Source: a virus
Lineage: Duplodnaviria > Caudoviricetes
IMG/VR virus record: IMGVR_UViG_3300017909_002489
Location: 1 to 40,693 of that record
Length of the DNA stretch: 40,693 bases
Reading direction: 5' to 3' (one strand)
The first letter of the stretch is position 1; every line of letters begins with the position of its first letter. A program made the position numbers and the translations under genes. Under the pieces are notes generated by a model, which was given only the letters and a program-made list of their open reading frames with translations, ran no database searches and was not told the DNA's origin. Shown here piece after piece: positions 1-10,000 of this stretch.

Positions 1-124
1 CTACGGCAGAAGCCGCAGCATTAGTTTCGCTGCTCGCAGCAGCGGTCTGCGATGATGCACTCGCAGTTTCAGATGCAGATGCCGCTGACGCGCTAGAAGC
101 CGCAGCGTTCTGGCTTGCAAGAGC
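1..124. repeat. Terminal direct repeat, left copy (circular-assembly overlap)
   Basis: Bases 1-124 are identical to 40570-40693, and the repeat falls inside a reading frame that continues across the join. Confidence 0.95.
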
Positions 125-835
125 AGCCGCAGCCGAAGCAGCCGCATTCGTTTCTGAGGATGCGCTCGCTGTTTGCGATGAACTCGCAGAAGCCGCGCTA
201 TTCGCACTTGCTGTCGCGCTATTCGCACTATTGGATTCGCTAGTCGATGCCGCTGTCGCGGAGGCGGCAGCAGCCGTAGCCGAGGTCGCCGCGTTCGTGG
301 CCTGAGTGGTCGCCTGCGCGACCTGGCTAGTGGCAGCGGTATCCGTGTAGTTCTTAGTCGCAGCATCTTGCGCCGAAACCGGATCACCAAGTCCGGTAAT
401 CTTGTTCGCACCAGCAGCAAGGTCGCCACCAAGAGTGGCAGACGTAAGCGTCTTGTTCGTCAGCGTTTGCGTTTCAGTCTCACCGACAACGTTCGATGTA
501 AGAGCGAGGCCGTGAACATTGTTCGTTGAGTCCTCATGCTGGCGGGACTCACGGAAATCACGGCCACTAAAGGCGTGCTCGACCTGACAGCCGACAGAGT
601 GAGCGACCGCAGTAGTCGAATCCACTCCACGAGTGATTGTGAGTATCGTGCCCGAGACATTCGTACACTCGACCAGCTCTTCATCAATCGTGTCCTTATC
701 GAGAACGATTGTGAACGGGTAGCTCGTTGGGTATCCGGACGCGAGCGCAACAGTTATCGACGTATCGGTCGAGTTAATGCCATTAACCAGAGTGGTCTTT
801 TTGGCTGTGGATGAGTAATAACGTGCTTGCGCCAT
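1..835 (-). CDS. Tail fibre/virion protein, 5' part (409 aa total, continues across the join to 40175)
   Basis: ATG at 835 (MAQARYYSSTAKKTTLVNGINSTD...), frame open to base 1. Contains TQTLTNKTLT, NKITGLGDPVSAQDAATKNY and Ala/Ser-rich repeats typical of fibres. Missing from the ORF track because the stop lies beyond the join. Confidence 0.85.
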   Translation of the reverse strand, partial: MAQARYYSSTAKKTTLVNGINSTDTSITVALASGYPTSYPFTIVLDKDTIDEELVECTNVSGTILTITRGVDSTTAVAHSVGCQVEHAFSGRDFRESRQHEDSTNNVHGLALTSNVVGETETQTLTNKTLTSATLGGDLAAGANKITGLGDPVSAQDAATKNYTDTAATSQVAQATTQATNAATSATAAAASATAASTSESNSANSATASANSAASASSSQTASASSETNAAASAAAALASQNAAASSASAASASETASASSQTAAASSETNAAASAV

Positions 836-838
836 TTT

Positions 839-1720
839 CTACCTCTCGTAGTGGACGCGAATGGGGTTTTCTGCTTGCTGCTGACGACGAACTTCCTCAA
901 GGCGCGTGCGGTACAGACCCAGCAGGTACTTGCCCAGACGCTCACCAGCACCAATGGGACGCATGTTGGCCGCAAGATCAGCGGTTGCACTCAGGCCCGA
1001 AACGAGGGGTGTTTCTAAGTAAGGAACCATCCGGTAAGCAGCACCAAGGCGCACCACATCTACGGCACTATCCGGAAGGCCCGAAGTGCTAAACAAGTCC
1101 GTGTCATTTGCCAAGGTCTGAGGCGGGCCTCCAGTCCGGACGTGAATACGTTGACCTGGGACCGGCTGCTCATACAGACTCAGTTGCGCACCACCGCTGC
1201 CGTAGGGCCGCAGTTCGTAATGCCGGATTGGTATGAACTCACCCGACGGACCAATCCGCTCGCCAGCGACACGAAGTACATGACGAGCGTTTGTGTTCGT
1301 GAGGATGAAGTTAGTTTTGGTCGGATCTGCCGTTAGGTACTCGTCTTGAATCGCGTACAAGTCTGGGTAAACGGCTCCGATGCTGTCATTCACCGCTTGC
1401 TTGACGGAAAACCGTGGAAACTGTGGGGAGGACACGACGCGAGTACCTGCCGCGTGGGTAGCCGCAGTCGTCCCACGGAATCCTCTGCCATAAGGCGGGA
1501 TGGTGATTGTTTGAGAAGCCCTATCGACGTTATCGACCTGCAATAGTTCATATCCGATTTCACACACGCCGCGAGAAATAGCGGAAGCGTCACTCACGTT
1601 CGCCGTCAAGTCCGTGGTTGTCACGCTTCCCAGCAGATACGTCGATTGGTCTTGTTGAGAAGTGAAACCCGACAAGTAAAGGAGCGTCGAGTCAACAACA
1701 TCGCCCAAAGTAGTGCTCAT
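839..1720 (-). CDS. Putative head-tail adaptor / tail tubular protein A-like (293 aa)
   Basis: Long ORF downstream of the capsid gene and upstream of the fibres. Call rests mainly on synteny in a podovirus-like module. Confidence 0.55.
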   Translation of the reverse strand: MSTTLGDVVDSTLLYLSGFTSQQDQSTYLLGSVTTTDLTANVSDASAISRGVCEIGYELLQVDNVDRASQTITIPPYGRGFRGTTAATHAAGTRVVSSPQFPRFSVKQAVNDSIGAVYPDLYAIQDEYLTADPTKTNFILTNTNARHVLRVAGERIGPSGEFIPIRHYELRPYGSGGAQLSLYEQPVPGQRIHVRTGGPPQTLANDTDLFSTSGLPDSAVDVVRLGAAYRMVPYLETPLVSGLSATADLAANMRPIGAGERLGKYLLGLYRTRLEEVRRQQQAENPIRVHYER

Positions 1721-1926
1721 GCTCCTGCCCTTCTAATGGCCGCCATGCTCGCCTTGTGCGTGCTCTTTTCAGGTTGCAAGCCAATAGATTTCGCGTAGGC
1801 GTAACTGTTCAAGTCTTTGTTTACTTTCGCTGCCGTCTCACCCGCGATACGCATGTTTGCGTTACGAGCGCAAGCACCCCACGATCCACAATCCTGAGTG
1901 GGGCAGCCAGTCCTGCATTTGCTCAT
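1717..1926 (-). CDS. Hypothetical protein, Cys-rich N-terminus (69 aa)
   Basis: ORF in operon, ATGA overlap with the next gene; CRTGCPTQDCGSWGAC. Confidence 0.7.
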   Translation of the reverse strand: MSKCRTGCPTQDCGSWGACARNANMRIAGETAAKVNKDLNSYAYAKSIGLQPEKSTHKASMAAIRRAGA

Positions 1927-1929
1927 GGT

Positions 1930-2184
1930 CTAAACGTCCTCAATGTAAGAACTGAATCCTGCGGCAGTAATCTCCGTTACCTGCGCGTCCGTCAACTCGT
2001 GACGGTGACCACCCAGGTAGTACGAGTCCGCGAGTCGAAGTCGCTCAGCGGACGGGTATGACACCAGCGAACCGACGCCACCCTCGATCAGTAATGTCTG
2101 TGGAGTTTTCGTGGTTACGAAGTCGCCGAACAAACGATCCGTCGTGTACTTCTCACTTATCTGTGGTGTGCTGAGAATCTTCAC
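1930..2184 (-). CDS. Hypothetical virion-associated protein (84 aa)
   Basis: GTG start with strong AAGGAGG RBS, directly after the capsid terminator. Confidence 0.75.
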   Translation of the reverse strand: MKILSTPQISEKYTTDRLFGDFVTTKTPQTLLIEGGVGSLVSYPSAERLRLADSYYLGGHRHELTDAQVTEITAAGFSSYIEDV

Positions 2185-2202
2185 AAAACCTCCTTAACGC
2201 GA

Positions 2203-2230
2203 GGAGGGGCCGACCGAAGCCGACCCCTCC
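2203..2230 (-). terminator. Stem-loop after the major capsid gene (likely attenuating terminator)
   Basis: GGAGGGGTCGGC-TTCG-GTCGGCCCCTCC, a C(UUCG)G tetraloop hairpin about 20 nt after the capsid stop; weak U-tract. Confidence 0.7.
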
Positions 2231-2248
2231 CACTATCACTAAGAGTGA

Positions 2249-3241
2249 TTAGGTTGCGTTAGTCGCAATCGTTGAACCCGAAGTGATTTTGCGGAGTGCC
2301 TCTGTGCGATACAAAGACCACCCACACAGGCTGTACCACCCATATGGGCGGAACCTCGAAAGGCGATCCACAACCGGCCCGAGCCGCACGGAGGGCTCAA
2401 CGGCGCACGCTTCTGCGAGTGCCTGCTGCCCCACGACGAACGTGCTGTACTCGTCCTCACCGCCAGGGCCAGTACCCGTGGCAAGCGGAGCGCGAGAGGT
2501 TTCGATGACGTAAGTGCCACCGAAAACGCCCGTGGTCTGCTCAAGGAGAGCCCCCACGTTTGGCTCCGTGTGCTTCCGAATATCCTCAAACGAAAGCGCA
2601 CCTGTCTCGTTGCGCAAATCGAAAGCGACGTCGGGGTGCATGTACGCGGCGTACAAGGAACCCTGACGCGGAACCACGTTATCTCCGCGGAGCTTGGCAA
2701 CAGCCTTACGGATAGAAGTACCCGTAATAACGTCAGCGTTCAAGTCCTCCGTCTGTCCGGCAGCAGCACCGTCCAGCACGGTGGAAACAACCTTGTCCAG
2801 GCTGTCCACCATGTTGAAGCCGATGAGGTTGGCGATCGCTGGATCAATGTCAGCGAACGCAGTCTCCTGAACGTAACGAGTGTTGACAACCACGTTGCCG
2901 TACTCCTTGAGAACGACGCTAACTTGGTCAACGTCGTCAAGCGCGGCCGCGTCGAGGTCAGTTACCTCTGCCAACGGTGTCGTAGCCTGAGCCAGATCGT
3001 TGTACAGAGAGAATGTGACCGCGTAACCAGGCATCGCCTGTTGGACCGGACGCTTGTCAGCGAGGTCCCGGAATACAACCTGGGACCTCAACTGGAAATC
3101 AATCATCCGGTCATACGCACGCGCAACTAGATCATCAAAGCCTGTGCCCGTCCCACCTGCTGCGAGTGTCGAACTAACCGTCGGCGGCGTCTTGATAGAC
3201 GCACCGGAGTTAGTCGCTGAGTCAATAAAATTGTCAGCCAT
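2249..3241 (-). CDS. Major capsid protein (330 aa)
   Basis: Size, position after the scaffold gene and before a terminator. Motifs such as EYGNVV, YAAYMHPDVAFDLR and GPVVDRLSRFRPYGWY resemble N4-gp56/T7-like capsids. Confidence 0.88.
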   Translation of the reverse strand: MADNFIDSATNSGASIKTPPTVSSTLAAGGTGTGFDDLVARAYDRMIDFQLRSQVVFRDLADKRPVQQAMPGYAVTFSLYNDLAQATTPLAEVTDLDAAALDDVDQVSVVLKEYGNVVVNTRYVQETAFADIDPAIANLIGFNMVDSLDKVVSTVLDGAAAGQTEDLNADVITGTSIRKAVAKLRGDNVVPRQGSLYAAYMHPDVAFDLRNETGALSFEDIRKHTEPNVGALLEQTTGVFGGTYVIETSRAPLATGTGPGGEDEYSTFVVGQQALAEACAVEPSVRLGPVVDRLSRFRPYGWYSLCGWSLYRTEALRKITSGSTIATNAT

Positions 3242-3282
3242 TCTTGCGATTCACCCCCCTTAAGGGTGTAGTAGTGATTGGA

Positions 3283-3741
3283 TTACTTGACCGGCCCGTA
3301 GGGGTTGCCGAACAGAAGTTCGTTCAACTCCTCTTGACTTTGCGCGTTAGCGATGCGGGTTTGCAGATCACCCGCGTCCACCGCGGTAGCGGCGGACCCA
3401 ACGGAAGCAATACGAGCTGCGGCCTGGACTTCCTCAGAGTCTTTCTGAGGTTGCGTCTCAAGCCCAAATAGTTCAGCGTTCTCAACTATCCAGGCTTCAA
3501 CTTCATCTGTGGTCGTGACCGACTCGGGGATGAACTTGCTGATACGCGCATCCACGCCTTTCTCGGTCAAAACGCCCTCTACGACACTCTTTCGGCTGGC
3601 AGAAGAAAACTCCTCCACTTGCTTGCGGAGTTGGTCCACTTCCTTTTGTTTCGCCTTGTATGCCTTACGGAGTTGTCGAACAACGTCAGTACCCAAATCG
3701 TCATCCAGGTTGTCGATGTCAAACTCGTCGTTTTCGGACAT
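3283..3741 (-). CDS. Capsid scaffolding protein (152 aa; start ATG 3741)
   Basis: Acidic N-terminus, coiled coil (VVRQLRKAYKAKQKEVDQLRKQVEE), directly upstream of capsid. AGGGAG RBS before ATG 3741. Confidence 0.75.
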   Translation of the reverse strand: MSENDEFDIDNLDDDLGTDVVRQLRKAYKAKQKEVDQLRKQVEEFSSASRKSVVEGVLTEKGVDARISKFIPESVTTTDEVEAWIVENAELFGLETQPQKDSEEVQAAARIASVGSAATAVDAGDLQTRIANAQSQEELNELLFGNPYGPVK

Positions 3742-3770
3742 TGGTGTTCTCCCTATCTCTTCTATGTGAA

Positions 3771-3856
3771 TCGCCAGCCACAAAAAACACCTGGGGGAGT
3801 GCCTAATGGCTCTGACTACCGGACTGTTTCTCGCTAGGGGCCGGTCGGTCCTAGTC
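3771..3856 (-). ncRNA. Putative structured RNA leader (H-type pseudoknot plus branched hairpin) of the scaffold/capsid genes
   Basis: CTAGG(3854-3850)/CCTAG(3838-3834) stem whose loop ACCGG can pair with CCGGT(3822-3818). Then an AGCCA/TGGCT stem enclosing GGCAC-TCCCCCAG-GTGTT. Confidence 0.45.
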
Positions 3857-3861
3857 GGAAG

Positions 3862-3940
3862 TGGAGGCGGTGGGACTCGAACCCACGTTCCTTACGCTGC
3901 CCTCGTGGGGATTCTTGTAAGGTCTTTCCTATTCGCCCCC
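3862..3940 (-). ncRNA. tmRNA tRNA-like-domain-only RNA (mini-tmRNA / tRNA-Ala mimic), 79 nt
   Basis: Acceptor GGGGGCG/CGCCTCC with G3:U70 and discriminator A. Stemless D loop AATAGGAAAGA, helix CCTTAC/GTAAGG, AAC linker, T arm GTGGG-TTCGAGT-CCCAC. No anticodon arm, no tag ORF, CCA not encoded. Confidence 0.8.
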
Positions 3941-3946
3941 GCGGTG

Positions 3947-5023
3947 TTACCCGCGATTAGTGTCAAGCGAGGAGCTGGTGATCCCAGACCGACCACCAAA
4001 GCGTGCCCGCTCCCGAGACTGCAAGCCTCGAACCTTTTTCTTTGCGTCCGCATTCAGATCCAACTGCGACTGGACGACTTCACTATCCGTCAGCGAACTA
4101 CCTTCAATGTTGGCAAGCCGCGCCGTTGCGTCCCGAACGACAGCCGCCTTGGTGAACTCTGGCTGATACTGGCCGATGTTCGCGTCATTGTTGCCGGCAA
4201 ACCCAGCAACACCCTGGGCTGTTTCCAGGTCGATGTCCAGCCCAGCGCGACGCGCCCCGCCACCCAGCAACGTTGCGTTAGCGATCTCGTTAATCTTGTT
4301 CTGACTGCGAACCGGATCAAGGACGTACTCAGTCAAAGTCGCTGTATCAAGCCCGTAATACTCCTGCATGGCCTCCAGGGTTTCGGGGGAAGTGTCAGCC
4401 ACGACTCGCGCCGCGTCATTCACGCGAGCACGGACCTCGGACACGCTCACGCTGTAATCGGACACGAGTTCAGCAATAGCGTCGAACTGGCTTTGGGTTC
4501 CATCCGGACCCAGGAAGTCGCGCATACCCGCTTCACGGAACACGCTGCGATACTCGCGCTCCAGACCCAGGTACTCGGACTCGTTGCGAATATCAGTAAC
4601 GCCCTTCCTGCGCAGTTCGACTAACCCCTTGAAGCGCGTTTGGTACGTTTCGGTTTCGGGTATTTTCGCCATGATGACCTCGACGTTGTTACCCCACTCG
4701 CGGATCAAACGGTCAAGGTCACCAATCAGACCCTCCATGCCGCCGAACTCGCGGAATCGGGCAGTCAGGATGGCCTTAGCCTCCTGGTCCTTGCGCCGCC
4801 TTGTTTCAGCCGCTTGTTGCGCTAATGCAGCGTCGATCATTTTCTGAACGTCTGCGCCACTTAAAGTGGGCGTCTCCGGCTGCCTAGGCTGCGGCTGCCG
4901 ATCCTGCGGTTGCGTAGTTAGCGGCGGATTGATGACTGAATCGGCCCAATCCTGAATCCGCTGCATCTCGGCAGCAAACTGAGGCGTTGAAATTGCACCT
5001 AGATCAATCGGCCCAAATACCAT
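3947..5023 (-). CDS. Putative internal virion (ejection) protein (358 aa)
   Basis: Helical, Ala/Glu/Arg-rich ORF in the block between portal and scaffold. Confidence 0.55.
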   Translation of the reverse strand: MVFGPIDLGAISTPQFAAEMQRIQDWADSVINPPLTTQPQDRQPQPRQPETPTLSGADVQKMIDAALAQQAAETRRRKDQEAKAILTARFREFGGMEGLIGDLDRLIREWGNNVEVIMAKIPETETYQTRFKGLVELRRKGVTDIRNESEYLGLEREYRSVFREAGMRDFLGPDGTQSQFDAIAELVSDYSVSVSEVRARVNDAARVVADTSPETLEAMQEYYGLDTATLTEYVLDPVRSQNKINEIANATLLGGGARRAGLDIDLETAQGVAGFAGNNDANIGQYQPEFTKAAVVRDATARLANIEGSSLTDSEVVQSQLDLNADAKKKVRGLQSRERARFGGRSGITSSSLDTNRG

Positions 5024-5028
5024 TCAGA

Positions 5029-5970
5029 TCACCCAAACCCAAACATCGCGCTGACGGCGTTCATACCCTTTGCGTAAGTGGCAGCCGCATCATCCGTGCT
5101 TTGCCACTCATCCGTGTTACGGATGTACCGCTCGGCCTCCCACAATGCTCGCTGCGAGAAAGATCCGTCCGCATTCTGGACTTGCATCATTTCTTTCATA
5201 ATGGGGTCGTTCATATCCATATTGCCTCGACCCAACATTCGTTGAGCAACGCTGCGGTACGGTCCAGCGAGTTCGTAAATGTCTATTCCCGCGTTAATCA
5301 TCTCTGCCCACGCGGGGAACGCGCCCACCATGTATGTCGTCCGCAGCTCGGACTTGACCTGATCCAAAGTCTTGTCGCCGAAAGTCACGCTCGCCAGCAT
5401 CGCGTCCGCGTCGTTCTGGCTAATGGTGAATCCGTTGCGGCTTGACCACGCCGACAATTCGGCCGCTGCGTCACCTAGGTTCCCAGAGAATCCAAGGTTA
5501 TCTTCGGATGCGGCAAGTGCTCCCGTGAGGTCATCTCGCAGAAGATTGCGGATCTCGTCCGAGTCGTACTCCTCGCGCCACGCCATCTCGGTGAGTTCCG
5601 CGAGTCGAGCGGGGTCAAGTTCCAAACCAAGTTGCCTAGCGGCATTTGCTACATCAAGTTCTACCGATGAGCGTTGAGCCGTAACCTCGCCCGCCATGGT
5701 CGGGTCGGCCTCTTGAACGTAAGAGCCGAACGCCGCATTGGATAGATTTCGGACCCACTCGCTTTCATCAAGTATGTTTTGCCAGTAGTCCTCGGCGTCC
5801 TTCGGGGTGTCAAAGTCACCCTTCTTAACTTTCCGATCAAACTTACGAGCGGCTGCAAGTAAGTCAGGATCGTTTTTGGCTAGTTCGTAAGCCTCAAGGG
5901 TTTCCTGCTTGAACCTTTCCCGATCAGCCCGCTTTTGCTTCTTTGTTTTCTCGTCGTCTTTGTCGCTCAC
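5029..5970 (-). CDS. Putative internal virion protein (313 aa)
   Basis: Tightly packed ORF in the same block; helical composition. Confidence 0.55.
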   Translation of the reverse strand: MSDKDDEKTKKQKRADRERFKQETLEAYELAKNDPDLLAAARKFDRKVKKGDFDTPKDAEDYWQNILDESEWVRNLSNAAFGSYVQEADPTMAGEVTAQRSSVELDVANAARQLGLELDPARLAELTEMAWREEYDSDEIRNLLRDDLTGALAASEDNLGFSGNLGDAAAELSAWSSRNGFTISQNDADAMLASVTFGDKTLDQVKSELRTTYMVGAFPAWAEMINAGIDIYELAGPYRSVAQRMLGRGNMDMNDPIMKEMMQVQNADGSFSQRALWEAERYIRNTDEWQSTDDAAATYAKGMNAVSAMFGFG

Positions 5971-7046
5971 AGGGCCGCCTTCTGCTTCTGCTCGGCGAGA
6001 TACTTGCGCGTGTATTCCAACGCGGCTTCACCCATTTGGTACTCGCGGTACTCGGGGTTTTCGTTAAGGATCTCTGCCATAACTTCCTCGCGCTCCGCGT
6101 TCGTGATTCCCGACTTAGTTCGCGTCGTGTTTCCGGAGGATGATGTGATGGTTGGGGATTTGCCTTCTTCCTTGCGCACCTTTTTGAGAAGTTGCTGGAA
6201 CTCCTTTTCCGTTACCCGCCGGCCAATGAATGCCTCGGACATCTCATTAGCAAGGACTCGAACGTCAGCCTCATTCATTTCCTGATAGGAGTAACTGACC
6301 CCGCCAGACCCTCCGCCACCCTTCTTGCCAGCGTCAGGGTCGTAATTCTTCTTGCCTTGCGACAGCAGAGTCCAAGGGCTGACGTTCTGGCGTTGGGCAA
6401 TCTTTATCATCTGGTTCCACGCCGACTGGTCGGTCGTGTAAGACATAAACTCTTGGCCGAAATACCCCTCAAGTCCCTGCTGGAAACTGTCGTACTGCGG
6501 GTTTCCCCGCGCACCCGTAGTTCCCATGACGTCCATCGGATACGACTGCGCCTCGTACTCCGACGTCATAATGTCGGGGCCTTCACCCCCACCCATGCGA
6601 TCAAGGCGGTCGTAGTAGCCGCCCTTCTGCTTGATAACCGGATCGGTTTCCGTCAGCGTTTCTGTGGTGACAACCGTGCCGTCGTCGTAAGTCTTGACGT
6701 ACTTATCGACCGGCCCCTCGGGAGTCTGGATCTCGGACTTCTTTTGCTTGTAGCCCTGCTTCTTGTCGTTAACGTCAGCGTTGAGTATCGACCAAGCCAT
6801 TTTTGCGTTAGAGGAAAGTTGATCCCAGGGGATTCCACCTACCGTTGCTGGAACGCTTATTTCCTCACCAGCATCAGGCTCAACTTGTCCCGTTACCGAT
6901 GATCCCTGTTCTTTCTCCTCATCGGAGGCGACGTAAAACTCAGCCTTGCCTAACTTTCGCTTTTCTCCTTGAACGTAGAGGTAGCAATAATACTCGCCGT
7001 CCGCTGCATCTTGTTCCGCTTTGCCCGTTTCGCATCTCCAAGGCAT
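5967..7046 (-). CDS. Putative internal virion protein (359 aa)
   Basis: ORF with AGGAG RBS and a GTGA overlap with the next gene. Confidence 0.55.
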   Translation of the reverse strand: MPWRCETGKAEQDAADGEYYCYLYVQGEKRKLGKAEFYVASDEEKEQGSSVTGQVEPDAGEEISVPATVGGIPWDQLSSNAKMAWSILNADVNDKKQGYKQKKSEIQTPEGPVDKYVKTYDDGTVVTTETLTETDPVIKQKGGYYDRLDRMGGGEGPDIMTSEYEAQSYPMDVMGTTGARGNPQYDSFQQGLEGYFGQEFMSYTTDQSAWNQMIKIAQRQNVSPWTLLSQGKKNYDPDAGKKGGGGSGGVSYSYQEMNEADVRVLANEMSEAFIGRRVTEKEFQQLLKKVRKEEGKSPTITSSSGNTTRTKSGITNAEREEVMAEILNENPEYREYQMGEAALEYTRKYLAEQKQKAAL

Positions 7047-7054
7047 TTACACTC

Positions 7055-10000
7055 CTAAAGGTTCCACAAGACTGACTCAATAAAGTTCTTGGCATTCGGG
7101 CTTTCAATACTTATTGCTTCGTACTTCTCGTCCCGATCTTTCTTGACGATGTTCCGCATCAAGACTTCTCTCCGAGAGTTGCCAGGAGCCACGGCCAGTA
7201 GTTGTTCTGCCTCACGATGAATGTCGATACTGAGTTGAATGAAATACTCAGAACTACCCTCGGGTAAAGCAGCAGGCTCTTGCGGAGTCCCATACTTCTC
7301 AGTACGCATCCACGACAGGAGGTTTTCTACCTCGGCCAGGGCTTGCAATTTCTCACCCCGTATTGACTTACCATCGCGGTAGGAGTACCGGCCGGTCTTG
7401 AACTTCTCCATGGTTTCGTCGCGCTCGGCGTTGAGAAGTTTCTTGTCCTCCGCATAAGTGGGGGAGTAGGGGTCGAGTTCTCGCTCCCTCTTATCGAACT
7501 TGTATTTCATGCGCGAGATCTCCGCGTCAAACTCGGAGTCCACTATCGACAAAACGCGATCGTCAAACGCCTTCTTGGTGCGCGTGGCAAGGTAATACTT
7601 TGCGATGTAGTGACCCGTGTAGTCGAACTCACCCTCGCGGGGCGCAAGGAACAACGACGCGGATTGGTGCTCCTCGGGGTACGACTTGTAACCGTTCTCC
7701 TCATCGAAATACCACGGAAAAGTGCCTTCCACAGCTCGAAAGTTCGCACGCTGTTGCGTCGTATCTCCGGCGTCCTCGAATGATCCGACCGTGAACGGTA
7801 GGAACGATCCTCCGTCCCAGCCTTCCTCGGTCGTGGGATCAAGTCCGTCAAGAACTCGGTTTACTCGCAACTGCCACCACGAGGCCATGGCGTAATTCCA
7901 TGGATCGTAGATGTCCTCACCCACGGCTTCTTCAACAAGTTTGAGGTATTCCTCGTCCCAAATAACCGTGTCGGTGAAGTCGTAGAACGCATCGGTCATG
8001 TTGTCGATGCCGTTCTGACGCGCCCAATCCGAAACGTTGGTGTCGATCCTTCGCGGGTATGCAGGGAGAGCCCACGACAAGAATTTTTTGGAAATCCACA
8101 ATCCAGTCGAATAGATCTCGGCCGCCTGGTATTCGTTGCTTGCCATGATCTGACCTTGCTCGGCTTCTTCTAGCGGGATAACCGTGCCGTCTTTCATGGT
8201 GATGGTGTCGAACATTCCCCAGCCAGACATCGTTTGCAAAGCCTTCATTAGCGAATCAGCCTGTGCGGTTTGAGCCTGTTCGGTATCGGTGAGATCGCCT
8301 AGGCGTTTGGCCCCCGCGGGAGCTAACGCCTGACCGATGTCCCTCCACATAGATCCGGTTGGTTGATTGAACTGACCGAGGATCAGCGCACGCAACCCGC
8401 CCAACTCCGGCTGCCACGCAAAGAAAGCAGCGGCCGGAACCTGGCCCCACCCGCTTGTAAACGGCGGAATCATGTTCATGGGGTCGGCCGAGGGCGTCAG
8501 GCCCAGAACCTTTCCGCCCAAACCGAACGGCTCAACCTGGGTAAATGGATCGAACTGGCCCTTAAACAATCCGACCATCGGATACATGACCTTCTGAGCG
8601 ATTCCATTCATCGGATACATGAAGTACTTGTCGCCGTAGTCGTCCGTGTAGACAAACCCCGTGTCATCCAACAACGAGTACACCAGGGCCGCCTTAACAA
8701 ACCCTTCTGGGTTTGAGGTTCCCATTCGACGCATCCGCCGGTAGAAATCCTCACTTGCGCGGTAGTAACGCGATACGTTGCGCGCCTTCCATGCCAAGTT
8801 CGATCGGTTCATGGGGTTGTCCATGAACGCTAATGACAGGCTGTAAGCCCGATCAAGGACGTCTTTACCAACCAACTCAGACGCAATCTTGTGGTTGGCG
8901 AGCTGGGCCTTGTCGTCAAGTTCTTCCCAGGTTTCGCCGCGGGCTGACGAGATGGCTCGCGCCAACTGATCCCGTCGGGGTTTAGCCGACCGCCACAGGG
9001 CAATCACGTTGCCCCAGAAGATCGGCTCCCGTGACAGTCGAGCGTTCTGGCGGCCCATCCACATGTAGGCCCGATCCGCCAAGCCATCAAGAGAAAATAG
9101 CGACGGGAGCGTGTTGGCGTAAGGAATGTACTGCTCGCCCTCGAACTCGGGCATCATCACCATTGGACGTTCCTTATCGGGAATCGTCCGCAAGTCTTTG
9201 GCTGTCACGCGGTCAAATGCCAAGACTTCATCTGGTGCGGTTAGTAGTTCTTCGCGCGACCACCCCTTGTAGATGCCGTCCGCGTCAAAGAACATATCGA
9301 CTAGGCGCGTGCTGATCGAACCGTCCGGCTTCTGGAACAAAGCCAAGACGTCCTCAAAGTAGTCATTAGCGAACGGCTGTATGCCCTCGTCCGTGGCTAG
9401 GCGCGAGAACCGTTGAGTGTAAACACCCGAGGGATCATTTCGGATTGCGTCTGCAATCTGCTGCTGCACGCGCGCAACCGTCGTCCGGCCATAAGATATG
9501 TCCGCGATTCCTTGAACCGCGATTGTCCCAATTTCGCCGTCGTTCTGCATAACCGAACGCAACAGGTGATGCCATTGGTCTACGGCGTGACGCGACTTAG
9601 CGGGCGTGCGGTTCCACCCGCTCACCTTTCGGGCAGTCTTAACCTTGCTGTTGAGTTTTGCCACAGCCCTGTTGAGTGCTCGGTACGCCGCTTCGTTGTC
9701 TATGGTTCCTGGCATAACACCAGGAGGGTTCTCGTCTATCTCGTCCAGGGCCATGCGGCCCGCCTTCATCCCGACGGGGTTACGCGCGCTGTTCAGGTAC
9801 GTTGCGCTTTGCGCTACGTCATCCAGCAAGGCCATGCCGTGAGCGGACCCAAGAACTTGGTCAACAATTAGTAGGTCGTCGTCATTCATCAAACCCATCG
9901 AACCCATGCTGCGGCCACCCATCCGGTAGCCAATCAAGCCTTCCATGACCATCTTCCGCCACGGCTCTTGATCGCCGGCTGCGTATCGCACTAGGGCGTC

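Noticed and set aside
1-432. 143-aa Arg/Leu-rich ORF in the track
   Set aside because: Shadow frame of the Ala/Ser-rich fibre gene that starts at 835.
3862-3940. Ordinary tRNA-Ala or a second attP
   Set aside because: No D stem or 7-nt anticodon loop. Both acceptor strands are present and it is far from int, unlike an attP fragment.
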